64,000 nt of DNA from Flectonema sp. DT1601 (taxonomy: Eukaryota), in NCBI GenBank assembly GCA_964019425.1, contig OZ025798.1, forward strand, positions 248,001 to 312,000. The letters are read 5' to 3'. Made by a program: the position numbers and the translations under genes. Shown one piece after another: positions 29,218 through 43,119 of the stretch; the first letter of the stretch is position 1; each line of letters opens with the position of its first letter. Under the pieces are notes generated by a model. It saw nothing but the letters and a program-made list of their open reading frames with translations, was not told where the DNA came from and searched no databases.

Positions 29218-30234
29218 TCACTTGGAAATCAGGTGGCTTGGCATACAGATCATGTCTCCGGCACCAGTTCCATTCTCAACATAGCATCCGTAACCAGATC
29301 CCATCAACCTTTTGGTACCGTCAGCACCTCTTGCCGAATCCCAGCTGTCCATTATACTACAAATTGTTGCAACACAATTAGTCACTGTTTCCGCGTCTGC
29401 TAGTGTCCATCCCTGATTGCAGCTCGATGATTGCCTGACGATTGTCAGCGAAGAGCAAGGTACCGATGGTGGTGGAGTAGGTGCTGGTGGTGGTGGAGTA
29501 GGTACCGGAACTGGAGTTGTGTTGTTTGGCATACAGATCAAGTCTCTGGCAGCACCACTCTCAATATAGCATCCGTAACCAGATCCCATAAACCTTTTAG
29601 TATCATCAGCACCTCTTGCCAAATCCCAGGTGTCCATTAAACCACAGATTGTTGCAGCACAATTATTCATTGTTTCCGTGTCTGCTAGTGTCCTTCCCAA
29701 ATTGCAGCTCGATGATTGCCTCATGATTGTCAGCGAAGAGCAAGGTACCGATGGTGGCGGAGTAGGTGCTGGTGGTGGTGGAGTAGGTGCTGGAACTGGA
29801 GTTGTGTTGTTTGGCATACAGATTATGTCTCTGGCAGCACCACTCTCAATATAGCATCCGTAACCAGATCCCAGTAAGCATTTAGAATCGTCAGCACCTC
29901 TTGCCATACCCCAGGTGTCCATTAAACCACAGATTGTTGCAGCACACGTAGTCATTGTTTCCGTGTCTGCTGGTTTCATTCCCAAATTGCAGCTCGATGA
30001 CAAAGTGTTGATTGTCAGTGAGCTGCAATTAAAAGCAGTCTGTTTGTATTTTAATAACACCCGACAATACCGATACTAAATTCAGACTGTTAGTTGGTAC
30101 GAAACTCTTGTTGTACAAACTAATTAAGTAACCCTTCCACACAATAACAAATCATTTCAATAAGGAAGGGAATGATGAAATAATAAACATACCGAAGACG
30201 CAAACAAACCGATAATAACAACAAAAGTCTTCAT
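29218..30234 (-). CDS. Secreted tandem APT-like lectin, 3 domains (type B, mosaic); exons 30234-30193, 30039-29218
   Basis: Same structure. Confidence 0.85.
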
Positions 30235-32368
30235 CTTATTTATTTACTGTCATCAGGAGGTAAAAAAAGATACTCAAGGAAGAACAAAGGCAACATGCAA
30301 CTATAAATAGGGTTGCTTCACATAACTACTCACTTTAAATAGGAATCCACGTCGGTCAATACTATAAATACCATTTTCAGGAATCAGGAGGGGAGGAAGT
30401 GAGTACAGCCTAATTGAAGCAAAGCTTCTGATGATTAAAATACTATTACCACCACCACCTGTTATTTTAGGAATTTAATCAGAATAAAAATAAAAAGTTA
30501 CAACAAAAAAAAGAATTCAGCCAAACTTAACTTTCCTTTTACTTTCCTACTCATTCATTTTGTGTGCCATCCAGTAGCCTGTGAAAGGAATAGGTTAGGT
30601 TAAGTTACACTGTCACACTTCTCTTTCTTCTGAACAGGTTTATCTGTACAAGAAGAAAAAAAAAAGAGAGGAAAAAAAGGAAACAAGAAAAGAATGTGTT
30701 TCCAGCATTTGAAAAAGAAGATAGAGAAAACATTAAATAAATCTTTCTGCTGTTCTGTTTCTTCAAAAGCAAGGGAGATGCCGTCTTGTCCTACTCAACA
30801 AAGGGACAGCTTAACTTAGTTGGTGTTTGTAAGTTAGTATATGAGATCACTAAGATAATGTATTAAATCAAAATATATATAAAAAAGGAAAGCCCTCGCA
30901 ACACATTGTTCTGCTGTTCCGTAAAACACTTGTGGTGGAATACCTAGTTTCAGGTCTTAATCTTATACTATACTTGGTAAGTTGGTAGTATTTAGAATAT
31001 GAGATACTGTTAATAGTATAATACAGTCAATCAAAAAAACAATAGAACGCAACAATTCGTAGGACAACAAACAAATAATGGTTGGTTGAGCTTAAATTAA
31101 CTTCCTCAATCCTCTTCAGCGAAGAAAGTACGGGGGAACACTGCGGTGTCAAGCCTGTCTACTTTAATGAACAAGGCTAAACTTCGAATTCCCGTGCCAA
31201 ATGTTAATGAAATATCGGATCTCAACACAAACGTTTCTGAAATGGACAGCTCCACACACGAAAGTATTCGAAATGGATGCAAAGAAAAAAGAAAAAAATC
31301 TGTTTTCCTTTGGGATTATTGTTTTAAAGAGGAACAAGTATGAAGAAGTGATCCAAATCCCTTAAAAATATTCAAAACAGAATATAATTCGTTAGTCAGG
31401 TGACGATTCACTGAAGACCAACAATATTGAATCGAAACAACGATGAGAGGAATAGAGAGGAAAGCTGTGCTATTAAGACATTAATTTGATTTTATCAGAA
31501 CTGCAACACAGAACTTCACAACAGTGAAGTGTCAAATGTTACTGAAATGTCGGATTACAACACAAACGATTCCGGAAGAGAAATTAATAAAAAAGAAATT
31601 CGCTGGTCTACTCAGCGCCTTCGCCATTCTCAGCAAACAGACCACGCCAATATGGTTATTTGCCTGATCAAAATAAAAAGAAACACACAAACTAAAAAAT
31701 CGTAGAACATCAAACATTAATCATACTGGATCAAACTTCAGAAGACTTAATCTCCTCCAGCAATGAATTAAAGTAGTTTGAACTTTAACAAACACATAAA
31801 AAATACACATCATATATCTTTGAAATGAACAATTACAGCAATGAATGTCACTACTACCCAAAGCGCCCGACACGAGTCTTACTCATATCGAAAACAATAG
31901 CGAAGGCCGAGCAGATTGTGAGAACTTGGGCTGCAAATAAAAAGATCACAAGATTACTAAAAGAAACTCCCAGTAGATAACAGTATTTCCTTTATCAGGA
32001 ATTCTTCTTGCTCGAGGAAACTCTTGTGAAATTAAGTTTTTTGAAAGTTTACGAAAGAAACTACTCATAAGACAACAATGCCCTTTATTCTTAAAGGTTT
32101 CCGCTTTTTATTCGAATTCCTTCAAACGGGTCCCGCATACAAATATAAAGAAATCCACTAACAACATTCAAAATGTATAATATTATTTGGTTAATAAATT
32201 TAAACTAGGAACTATGATCATGCTTCAATGATTCACTGTTACCTAACTAAACTTATCGCTATTGATCGAAACAATAATGAGACGAATAGAGAGGAAAGGC
32301 ACGCTATTAAGATATTAAATTGATTTTATCAGAACTACAACACAGAATGTCACAACAGTGAAGTTCTC

Positions 32369-33676
32369 TCACTTGGAAATCAGGTGGTTTGGTATACAGA
32401 TCGCATCTCCGGCACCAGTTCCATTCTCAAAGTAGCATCCGTAACCAGATCCCATCAACCTTTTGGTGTCGTCAGCACCTCTTGCCGAATCCCAGACGCC
32501 CATTAAACCACAAATTACTATAGCACAATTAGTCACTGTTTCCGCGTCTGCTAGTGTCCATCCCTGATTGCAGCTCGATGATTGCCTGACGATTGTCAAA
32601 AATAAGCAAGGAACCGATGGTGGTGGAGTAGGTGCTGGTGGTGGAGGAGTAGGTGCTGGAACTGGAGTTGTGTTGTTTGGCATACAGATCATGTCTGTGG
32701 CACCACTTCCATCCTCAACAAAGCATCCGTAAGCAGATCCCACCAACCTTTTGGTATCGTCAGCACCTCTTGCCGTATCATAGGTGCCCATTAAACTACA
32801 AATTATTCCAGAACACCTATTTATTGTGTCCGAATCTGCTGGTGTCCATCCCGAATTGCAGCTCGATGAAAAAATGTTGACTGTCAGAGAAGAGCAAGAT
32901 ACCGATGGTGGTGGAGTAGGTACCGACGGTGGTGGAGTAGGTGCTGGAACTGGAGTTGTGTTGTTTGGCATACAGATCATGTCTGTGGCACCACTTCCAT
33001 CCTCAACAATACATCCGTAACCAGGTCCCACCAATCTTTTGGTATTGCCAGCACCTCTTGCCACACCCCAGTTGTCCATTTTACCACAAATTGTTGCAAC
33101 ACAATTACTCATTGTTTCCGTGTCTACTGGTGTCCATCCCAGATTGCAGCTCGATGATTGCCTGACGATTGACAGCGAATAGCAAGGTACCGATGGTGGC
33201 GGAGTAGGTGCTGGTGGTGGCGGTGTTGGTGCTGGAACTGGAGTTGTGTTGTTTGGCATACAGATCAAGTCTCTGGCACCACCACTCGCAACATAGCATC
33301 CGAAACTAGATCCCATTAACATTCTGGTACTGTCAGCACCTCTTGCCGTACCCCAGCTATCCATTAAACCACAAATTGTTGCAGCACACATATTTATTGT
33401 TTCCGTGTCTGCTGGTTTCATTCCCGAATTGCAGCTTGATGATTGCCTGACGATACTCAGTGAGCTGCAATCAAAAGCAGTCTGTTTGTATTTTAATAAC
33501 ACCCGACAATACCGATACTAAATTCAGACTGTTAGTTGGTACGAAACTCTTGTTGTACAAACTAACTAAGTAACCCTTCCGCACAACAACAAATCATTTC
33601 AATAAGGAAGGGAATGATGAAATAATAAACATACCGAAGACGCAAACAAACCGATAACAACAACAAAAGTCTTCAT
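32369..33676 (-). CDS. Secreted tandem APT-like lectin, 4 domains (type E); exons 33676-33635, 33481-32369
   Basis: Same structure. Confidence 0.85.
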
Positions 33677-34854
33677 CTTATTTATTTACTGTCATCAGGA
33701 GGTAAAAAAGATACTCAAGGAAGAACAAAGGCAACATGCAACTATAAATAGGGTTGCTTCACATAACTACTCACTTTAAATAGGAATCCACTTCGGTCAA
33801 TACTATAAATACCATTTTCAAGAATCAGGAGGGGAGGAAGTGAGTACAGCCTAATTGAAGCAAAGCTTCTGATGATTAAAATACTATTACCACCACCACC
33901 TGTTATTTTAGGAATTTAATCAGAATGAAAATAAAAAGTTACAACAAGAATAAGAATCAGCCAAACTTAACTTTCCTTTTACTTTCCTACTCATTCATTT
34001 TGTGTGCCATCCAGTAGCCTGTGAAAGGAATAAGTTAGGTTAAGTTACACTGTCACAATTCTCTTTCTTCTGAACAGGTTTATCTGTACAAGAAGAAAAA
34101 AAAAAGGGAGGAAAAAAAGGAAACAAGAAAAGAATGTGTTTCCAGCATTTGAAAAAGAAGATAGAGAAAACATTAAATAAATCTTTCTGCTGTTCTGTTT
34201 CTTCAAAAGCAAGGGAGATGCTGTCTTGTCCTACTCAACAAAGGGACAGCTTAACTTAGTTGGTGTTAGTTAGTATATGAGATCACTAAGATAATGTATT
34301 AAATCAAAATATATATAAAAAAGGAAAGCCCTCGCAACACATTGTTCTGCTGTTCCGTAAAACACTTGTGGTGGAATACCTAGTTTCAGGTCTTAATCTT
34401 ATACTTGGTAAGTTGGAAAGAAAAAGGAAAAGAATCCGTTTTACTTTGGGATTTTCGTTTTTTTCTCCTTTTAAAGAGGTACAAGTCCAGCTTTCCGCCT
34501 CGCCTAGCTTATTAGACTATCGAACAAAATTAATAAAATATTAAATAGAAATAAAAAAATAAAATAAATAAAAAATCAATAAAATTAAAACAGGATAAAA
34601 TAGTTACCCTGATAATATACTAAAGCACTCGCAGAGCATTAAATATTAACGCTAGGTTGGTAGCTCAACGTTATCGATCGAAACAATAATGAGAGGAATA
34701 GAGAGGAAAGGTACGCTATTAAGATATTAAATTCATTTTATCAGAACTACAACACAGAATGTCACAACAGTGAAATTCCAAATGTTACTGAAAGGCAGGA
34801 ACTCAACACAAACATTTCCGTAACGGACAGCACACGCAAGAGTTTCCGACATAG

Positions 34855-34899
<45 letters not shown>

Positions 34900-35519
34900 G
34901 GCCTGTCTACTCATCGCGTTCGCCCTTCTTAGCAAACAGACCACGTCAATATGGTTTTATCTTTTACCATTTAACACGTTATTTTATCCAACGTTACTAT
35001 GATGAGGTCTCCAGGAGGGTAACTCACAGCAACAGAGGGCCTCATCCGTAACAGTTTCCGAAGACTCCGTATGGATTGTTGAATTAGCTTCAGCTGAAGG
35101 GATGTAATTTATCTTATATGATTAATGGACACCTACCTTCAGCTTTCCACTTTGCCTAGGTTATTAAACCCAATTAATAAAAATATAAAAATAAAAATAC
35201 ATAAAAAAATACACACGTGTGACACACAAAAAATTCTTAGAGCATTAAAAATTAATCGAACCACACTGGATCGATCCGAGTAACTTCAGAAGACATAATC
35301 TTCTCCAGCAGGTATGAATTAAAATAGTTTGCACTCTAAAAAAACAAATAAATATTACATGTTTGAACGCTTCAAGGGGAAAAACAATAATGAATTACTA
35401 CTACCTAAAGCGTCTAACACGAGATCGAAAAAAAAACAACGAAGGCCGATTCTGCCAACTTAGCATCCCAAATTATCGACAGGAAAGTATTGTCGACAAC
35501 TTGGGCCGCAAAATTGAAC

Positions 35520-35684
35520 TTGGCTTTAACTTAAACTAAACAAAAAAAAAAAACACAAACAAGTATTATATTATTACTATTTTGCACGAAACCGAGTAAA
35601 CCAACTAAAACTGATTAAGCTAAAGGAGGTTAAGGTGTGCTGCTAACATTCTTTTTTCGTTCTTACAATACTTGTTAAATGCAA
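35520..35684 (-). mobile_element. Short YR-element derivative, copy 3
   Basis: Near-identical to 6852-7018, same spacer context. Confidence 0.85.
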
Positions 35685-36047
35685 AAAGAAATTATCAAAT
35701 ATCTGCTGCTCACAAGATTACCAAAGTAAAAATTTCTCCATGATCAGGAATTATTCTTGTACGAGGATAATCTTGTGAAATTAAGATTTTGAAAAGTGTG
35801 TAAACGAAATTACTCATAAGACAACAATGCCCTTTATTCTTAAAATTTTTCGCTTTATTTTCGAATTCCTTCAAACGAGTCCCCCAAAACAAGTATGAAG
35901 AAATCCGCTAAAAACATTCAAAACGGATTGGTTAATAAATTTAAACTAGGAACTATGATCGTACTTCAATGATTCACTGTTACCTAACTAAACTTATCGC
36001 TATTGATCGAAACAATAATGAGAGGAATAGAGAGGAAAGGCAGGCTA

Positions 36048-37364
36048 TTAAGGCAATAAATTGATTTTATCAGAATGCCACAACAGTGAAGTTTTCTGCT
36101 TAGAAATCAGGTGGTTTGGCATACAGATCATGTCTCCGGCACCAGTTCCATCCTCAACATAGCATCCGTAACCATGTCCCATCAACCTTTTGTTCCCGTC
36201 AGCACCTCTTGCCAAATCCCAAGTGTTCATCATATTACAAATTGTTGTAGCACAATTCATCATTGTTTCCGTGTCTGCAGGTTTCATTCCCGAATTGCAG
36301 CTCGATGATTGCCTGATGATTGACAGCGAAGAGCAAGGTACCGATGGTGGTGGAGTAGGTGCTGGTGGTGGTGGTGTTGGTGCTGGAACTGGAGTTGTGT
36401 TGTTTGGCATACAGATCATGTCTCCGGCCCCGGTTCCATCCTCAACATAGCATCCGTAACCATGTCCCATCAACCTTTTGTTCCCGTCAGCACCTCTTGC
36501 CAAATCCCAGGTGTTCATCATATTACAAATTGTTGTAGCACAATTCATCATTGTTTCCGTGTCTGCTGGTTTCATTCCCGAATTGCAACTCGATGATTGC
36601 CTGATGATTGACAGCGAAGAGCAACGTACTGATGGTGGTGGAGTAGGTGCTGGAACTGGAGTTGTGTTGTTTGGCATACAGATCATGTCTCCGGCACCAG
36701 TTCCATCCTCAACATAGCATCCGTAACCATGTCCCATCAACCTTTTGTCCCCGTCAGCACCTCTTGCCAAATCCCAAGTGTTCATCATATTACAAATTGT
36801 TGTAGCACAGTTCATCATTGTTTCCGTGTCTGCTGGTTTCATTCCCGAATTGCAACTCGATGATTGCCTGATGATTGACAGCGAAGAGCAACGTACTGAT
36901 GGTGGTGGAGTAGGTGCTGGAACTGGAGTTGTGTTGTTTGGCATACAGATCATGTCTCCGGCACCAGTTCCATCCTCAACATAGCATCCGTAACCATGTC
37001 CCATCAACCTTTTGTCCCCGTCAGCACCTCTTGCCAAATCCCAAGTGTTCATCATATTACAAATTGTTGTAGCACAGTTCATCATTGTTTCCGTGTCTGC
37101 TGGTTTCATTCCCGAATTGCAGCTTGATGATTGCCTGACGATACTCAGTGAGCTGCAATCAAAAGCAGTCTGTTTGTATTTTAATAACACCCGACAATAC
37201 CGATACTAAATTCAGACTGTTAGTTGGTACGAAACTCTTGTTGCACAAACTAACTAAGTAACCCTTCCACACAATAACAAATCATTTAAATAAGGAAGGG
37301 AATGATGAAATAATAAACATACCGAAGACGCAAACAAACCGATAACAACAACAAAAGTCTTCAT
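36048..37364 (-). CDS. Secreted tandem APT-like lectin, 4 domains (type C); exons 37364-37323, 37169-36048
   Basis: Same structure; two shortened linkers; C-terminal extension as in the other type C copies. Confidence 0.85.
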
Positions 37365-38969
37365 CTTATTTATTTACTGTCATAAGGAGGTAAAAAAGAT
37401 ACTCAAGGAAGAACTAAGTAACTTTAAACAGGAATCCATTTCAGTACTGGGGCAACATAAACAAAAATGGTTACGTGCTAAAATTAAAATCCTCCTCTTC
37501 AGCGAAGAAAGTACGGGAGACACTGCGGTGTCAGACTTGTTTACTTTAATGAACAAGGCTAAACTTCGAATTCCCGTGCCAAAAGTTGCTGAAATATCGG
37601 ATCTCAACAAAAACGTTTCTAAAATGGACAGCTACACGCACACGAAAGTATTCGGGATGCATGCAAAGAAAAAGAAGAATAAAATCTGTTTTATTTTTGG
37701 AATTCTATACAAGTTTGAAGAAATGATTAAAATCCCTTAAAAATATTCAAAAAAAAGAAAATAATTCGTTACTCAGGTAACAATTCACTGTTGATCAACA
37801 AGAACTATCAATCGAAGTAATGATGAGAGGAATAGAGATAGAGGAATGGAACGTTATTCAGAGTTCAAATACAGTCATCAGAACGGAAGCACAGATCATG
37901 TGAATGAGCGAAGTGACAAATGTTACTTCACTTCTAAACAAACAGACCACGTCAAATATTCCTTAAAAATATTCAAAACAGAATATAATTCGTTAGTCAG
38001 GTGACGATTCACTGAAGACCAACAATATTGAATCGAAACAACGATGAGAGGAATAGAGAGGAAAGCTGTGCTATTAAGACATTAATTTGATTTTATCAGA
38101 ACTGCAACACAGAACGTCACAACAGTGAAGTGTCAAATGTTACTGAAATGTCGGATTACAACACAAACGATTCCGGAAGAGAAATTAATAAAAAAGAAAT
38201 TCGCTGGTCTACTCAGCGCCTTCGCCATTCTCAGCAAACAGACCACGCCAATATGGTTATTTGCCTGATCAAAATAAAAAGAAACACACAAACTAAAAAA
38301 TCGTAGAACATCAAACATTAATCACACTGGATCAAACTTCAGAAGACTTAATCTCCTCCAGCAATGAATTAAAGTAGTTTGAACTTTAACAAACACATAA
38401 AAAATACACATCATATATCTTTGAAATGAACAATTACAGCAATGAATGTCACTACTACCCAAAGCGTCCGACACGAGTCTTACTCATATCGAAAACAATA
38501 GCGAAGGCCGAGCAGATTGTGAGAACTTGGGCTGCAAATAAAAAGATCACAAGATTACTAAAAGAAACTCCCAGTAGATAACAGTATTTCCTTGATCAGG
38601 AATTCTTCTTGCTCGAGGAAACTCTTGTGAAATTAAGTTTTTTGAAAGTTTACGAAAGAAACTACTCATAAGACAACAATGCCCTTTATTCTTAAAGGTT
38701 TCCGCTTTTTATTCGAATTCCTTCAAACGGGTCCCGCATACAAATATAAAGAAATCCACTAACAACATTCAAAATGTATAATATTAATTGGTTAATAAAT
38801 TTAAACTAGGAACTATGATCATGCTTCAATGATTCACTGTTACCTAACTAAACTTATCGCTATTGATCGAAACAATAATGAGACGAATAGAGAGGAAAGG
38901 CACGCTATTAAGATATTAAATTGATTTTATCAGAACTACAACACAGAATGTCACAACAGTGAAGTTCTC

Positions 38970-40277
38970 TCACTTGGAAATCAGGTGGTTTGGTATACAG
39001 ATCGCATCTCCGGCACCAGTTCCATTCTCAAAGTAGCATCCGTAACCAGATCCCATCAACCTTTTGGTATCGTCAGCACCTCTTGCCGAATCCCAGACGC
39101 CCATTAAACCACAAATTACTATAGCACAATTAGTCACTGTTTCCGCGTCTGCTAGTGTCCATCCCTGATTGCAGCTCGATGATTGCCTGACGATTGTCAA
39201 ATATAAGCAAGGAACCGATGGTGGTGGAGTAGGTGCTGGTGGTGGAGGAGTAGGTGCTGGAACTGGAGTTGTGTTGTTTGGCATACAGATCATGTCTGTG
39301 GCACCAATTCCATCCTCAACAAAGCATCCGTAACCAGATCCCACCAACCTTTTGGTATCGTCAGCACCTCTTGCCGTATCATAGGTGCCCATTATACTAC
39401 AAATTATTCCAGAACACCTATTTATTGTGTCCGAATCTGCTGGTGTCCATCCCGAATTGCAGCTCGATGAAAAAGTGTTGACTGTCAGAGAAGAGCAAGG
39501 TACCGATGGTGGTGGAGTAGGTACTGACGGTGGTGGAGTAGGTGCTGGAACTGCAGTTGTGTTGTTTGGCATACAGATCATGTCTGTGGCACCACTTCCA
39601 TCCTCAACAATACATCCGTAACCAGGTCCCACCAATCTTTTGGTATTGTCAGCACCTCTTGCCACACCCCAGTTGTCCATTTTACCACAAATTGTTGCAA
39701 CACAATTACTCATTGTTTCCGTGTCTACTGGTGTCCATCCCAGATTGCAGCTCGATGATTGCCTGACGATTGACAGCGAATAGCAAGGTACCGATGGTGG
39801 CGGAGTAGGTGCTGGTGGTGGCGGTGTTGGTGCTGGAACTGGAGTTGTGTTGTTTGGCATACAGATCATGTCTCTGGCACCACCACTCGCAACATAGCAT
39901 CCGAAACTAGATCCCATTAACATTCTGGTACTGTCAGCACCTCTTGCCGTACCCCAGCTACCCATTAAACCACAAATTGTTGCAGCACACATATTTATTG
40001 TGTCCGTGTCTGCTGGTTTCATTCCCGAATTGCAGCTCGATGATTGCCTGACGATACTCAGTGAGCTGCAATCAAAAGCAGTCTGTTTGTATTTTAATAA
40101 CACCCGACAATACCGATACTAAATTCAGACTGTTAGTTGGTACGAAACTCTTGTTGTACAAACTAACTAAGTAACCCTTCCACACAACAACAAATCATTT
40201 CAATAAGGAAGGGAATGATGAAATAATAAACATACCGAAGACGCAAACAAACCGATAACAACAACAAAAGTCTTCAT
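38970..40277 (-). CDS. Secreted tandem APT-like lectin, 4 domains (type E); exons 40277-40236, 40082-38970
   Basis: Same structure. Confidence 0.85.
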
Positions 40278-42448
40278 CTTATTTATTTACTGTCATCAGG
40301 AGGTAAAAAAAGATACTCAAGGAAGAACAAAGGCAACATGCAACTATAAATAGGGTTGCTTCACATAACTACTCACTTTAAATAGGAATCCACTTCGGTC
40401 AATACTATAAATACCATTTTCAGGAATCAGGAGGGGAGGAGGTGAGTACAGCCTAATTGAAGCAAAGCTTCTGATGATTGAAATACTATTACCACCACCA
40501 CCTGTTATTTTAGGAATTTAATCAGAATGAAAATAAAAAGTTACAGCAAGAAAAAGAATCAGCCAAACTTAACTTTCCTTTTACTTTCCTACTCATTCAT
40601 TTTGTGTGCCATCCAGTAGCCTGTGAAAGGAATAAGTTAGGTTAAGTTACACTGTCACAATTCTCTTTCTTCTGAACAGGTTTATCTGTACAAGAAGAAA
40701 AAAAAAAGGGAGGAAAAAAAGGAAACAAGAAAAGAATGTGTTTCCAGCATTTGAAAAAGAAGATAGAGAAAACATTAAATAAATCTTTCTGCTGTTCTGT
40801 TTCTTCAAAAGCAAGGGAGATGCTGTCTTGTCCTACTCAACAAAGGGACAGCTTAACTTAGTTGGTGTTAGTTAGTATATGAGATCACTAAGATAATGTA
40901 TTAAATCAAAATATATATAAAAAAGGAAAGCCCTCGCAACACATTGTTCTGCTGTTCCGTAAAACACTTGTGGTGGAATACCTAGTTTCAGGTCTTAATC
41001 TTATACTATACTTGGTAAGTTGGTAGTATTTAGAATATGAGATACTGTTAATAGTTATCAGTCAATCAAAAAAACAATAGAACGCAACAATTCGTAGGAC
41101 AACAAACAAATAATGGTTGGTTGGGCTTAAATCAACTTCCCCAGTCTTCTTCAGCGAAGAAAGTACGGGGGAACACTGCGGTGTCAAGCCTGTCTACTTT
41201 AATGAACAAGGCTAAACTTTGAATTCCCGTGCCAAATGTTAATGAAATATCGGATCTCAACACAAACGTTTCTGAAATGGACAGCTCCACAAACGAAAGT
41301 ATTCGAAATGGATGCAAAGAAAAAAGAAAAAGGAAAAAAATCTGTTTTCCTTTGGGATTATTGTTTTAAAGAGGAACAAGTATGAAGAAGTGATCCAAAT
41401 CCCTTAAAAATATTCAAAACAGAATATAATTCGTTAGTCAGGTGACGATTCACTGAAGACCAACAATATTGAATCGAAACAACGATGAGAGGAATAGAGA
41501 GGAAAGCTGTGCTATTAAGACATTAATTTGATTTTATCAGAACTGCAACACAGAACGTCACAACAGTGAAGTGTCAAATGTTACTGAAATGTCGGATTAC
41601 AACACAAACGATTCCGGAAGAGAAATTAATAAAAAAGAAATTCGCTGGTCTACTCAGCGCCTTCGCCCTTCTCAGCAAACAGACCACGTCAATATGGTTA
41701 TTTGCCTGATAGCTTATTAAACCATTGAACTGATAAAAATATAAAAACCAAAATAAAAAGAAACACACAAACTAAAAAATCGTAGAACATCAAACATTAA
41801 TCACACTGGATCTAACTTCAGAAGACTTAATCTCCTCCAGCAATGAATTAAAGTAGTTTGAACTTTAACAAACACATAAAAAATACACATCATATATCTT
41901 TGAAATGAACAATTACAGCAATGAATGTCACTACTACCCAAAGCGCCCGACACGAGTCTTACTCATATCGAAAACAATAGCGAAGGCCGAGCAGATTGTG
42001 AGAACTTGGGCTGCAAATAAAAAGATCACAAGATTACTAAAGGAAACTCCCAGTAGATAACAGTATTTCCTTGATCAGGAATTCTTCTTGCTCGAGGAAA
42101 CTCTTGTAAAATTAAGTTTTTTGAAAGTTTGCGAAAGAAACTACTCATAAGACAACAATACCCTTTATTCTTAAAGGTTTCCGCTTTTTATTCGAATTCT
42201 TGCAAACGGGTCCCGCATACAAATATAAAGAAATCCACTAACAACATTCAAAATGTATAATATTAATTGGTTAATAAATTTAAACTAGGAACTATGATCG
42301 TACTTCAATGATTCACTGTTACCTAACTAAACTTATCGCTATTGATCGAAACAATAATGAGACGAATAGAGAGGAAAGGCACGCTATTAAGATATTAAAT
42401 TGATTTTATCAGAACTACAACACAGAATGTCACAACAGTGAAGTTCTC

Positions 42449-42586
42449 TCACTTGGAAATCAGGTGGTTTGGTATACAGATCGCATCTCCGGCACCAGTT
42501 CCATTCTCAAAGTAGCATCCGTAACCAGATCCCATCAACCTTTTGGTATCGTCAGCACCTCTTGCCGAATCCCAGCTGTCCATTAT
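42449..42586 (-). pseudogene. Truncated array gene: only the C-terminal half of the last domain remains
   Basis: Encodes IMDSWDSARGADDTKRLMGSGYGCYFENGTGAGDAICIPNHLISK*, then breaks abruptly into unrelated sequence at ~42587. Confidence 0.85.
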
Positions 42587-43001
42587 ATTTTTTGTTCCTC
42601 AACAAAGAGCTTCATTGCCCTGCCTGCACTGTGATCTCTTCTTATGGTCTGTGTTGAACTATGCAATCGCCCTTGACACATTGGTGGCAGAGTTCACCAT
42701 CTCACCAATGTTAAGCAACTCCTCCCTTGACCACTTCTCATAGCAGCGAGACGTTTGTGCTCTTTTACCCGCTGCTCTTTCTTTATCAAACCCAGCACCA
42801 CCTTGCTTTCAGGGGTTCAAAAGCATCCCGTTTTTTCAAAAAATTGTGCATAGTGAAAAATTTCATACTCAAAAACTACCATTTTACAGTCAAAATGTGT
42901 ACTTTCATACTTTTTTAAAAATCCACCAAGTTTTTTTTCCGAGAATCCACCATCTTTTTTATATCCAAAGTTGTTATAATCCAAATTTTTTATACACCGT
43001 G
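42587..43001 (-). mobile_element. Unrelated ~400-bp insert, possibly the 5' end of a decayed DNA transposon
   Basis: Not homologous to any other spacer. A minus-strand frame reads ...RCYEKWSREELLNIGEMVNSATNVSRAIA*, which weakly resembles a transposase HTH N-terminus. TTGGAT(T)ATAA sub-repeats lie near 42960-42985. Confidence 0.3.
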
Positions 43002-43119
43002 ATATTTATAATTACAGTAATTTGAATTCATCAGAATTGTAACGCAGAACGTCACAACAGTGAAGTTCCAAATGTTACTTAAATGTCGGAACACAGAATG
43101 TCACAAATATGAAGTTCTC

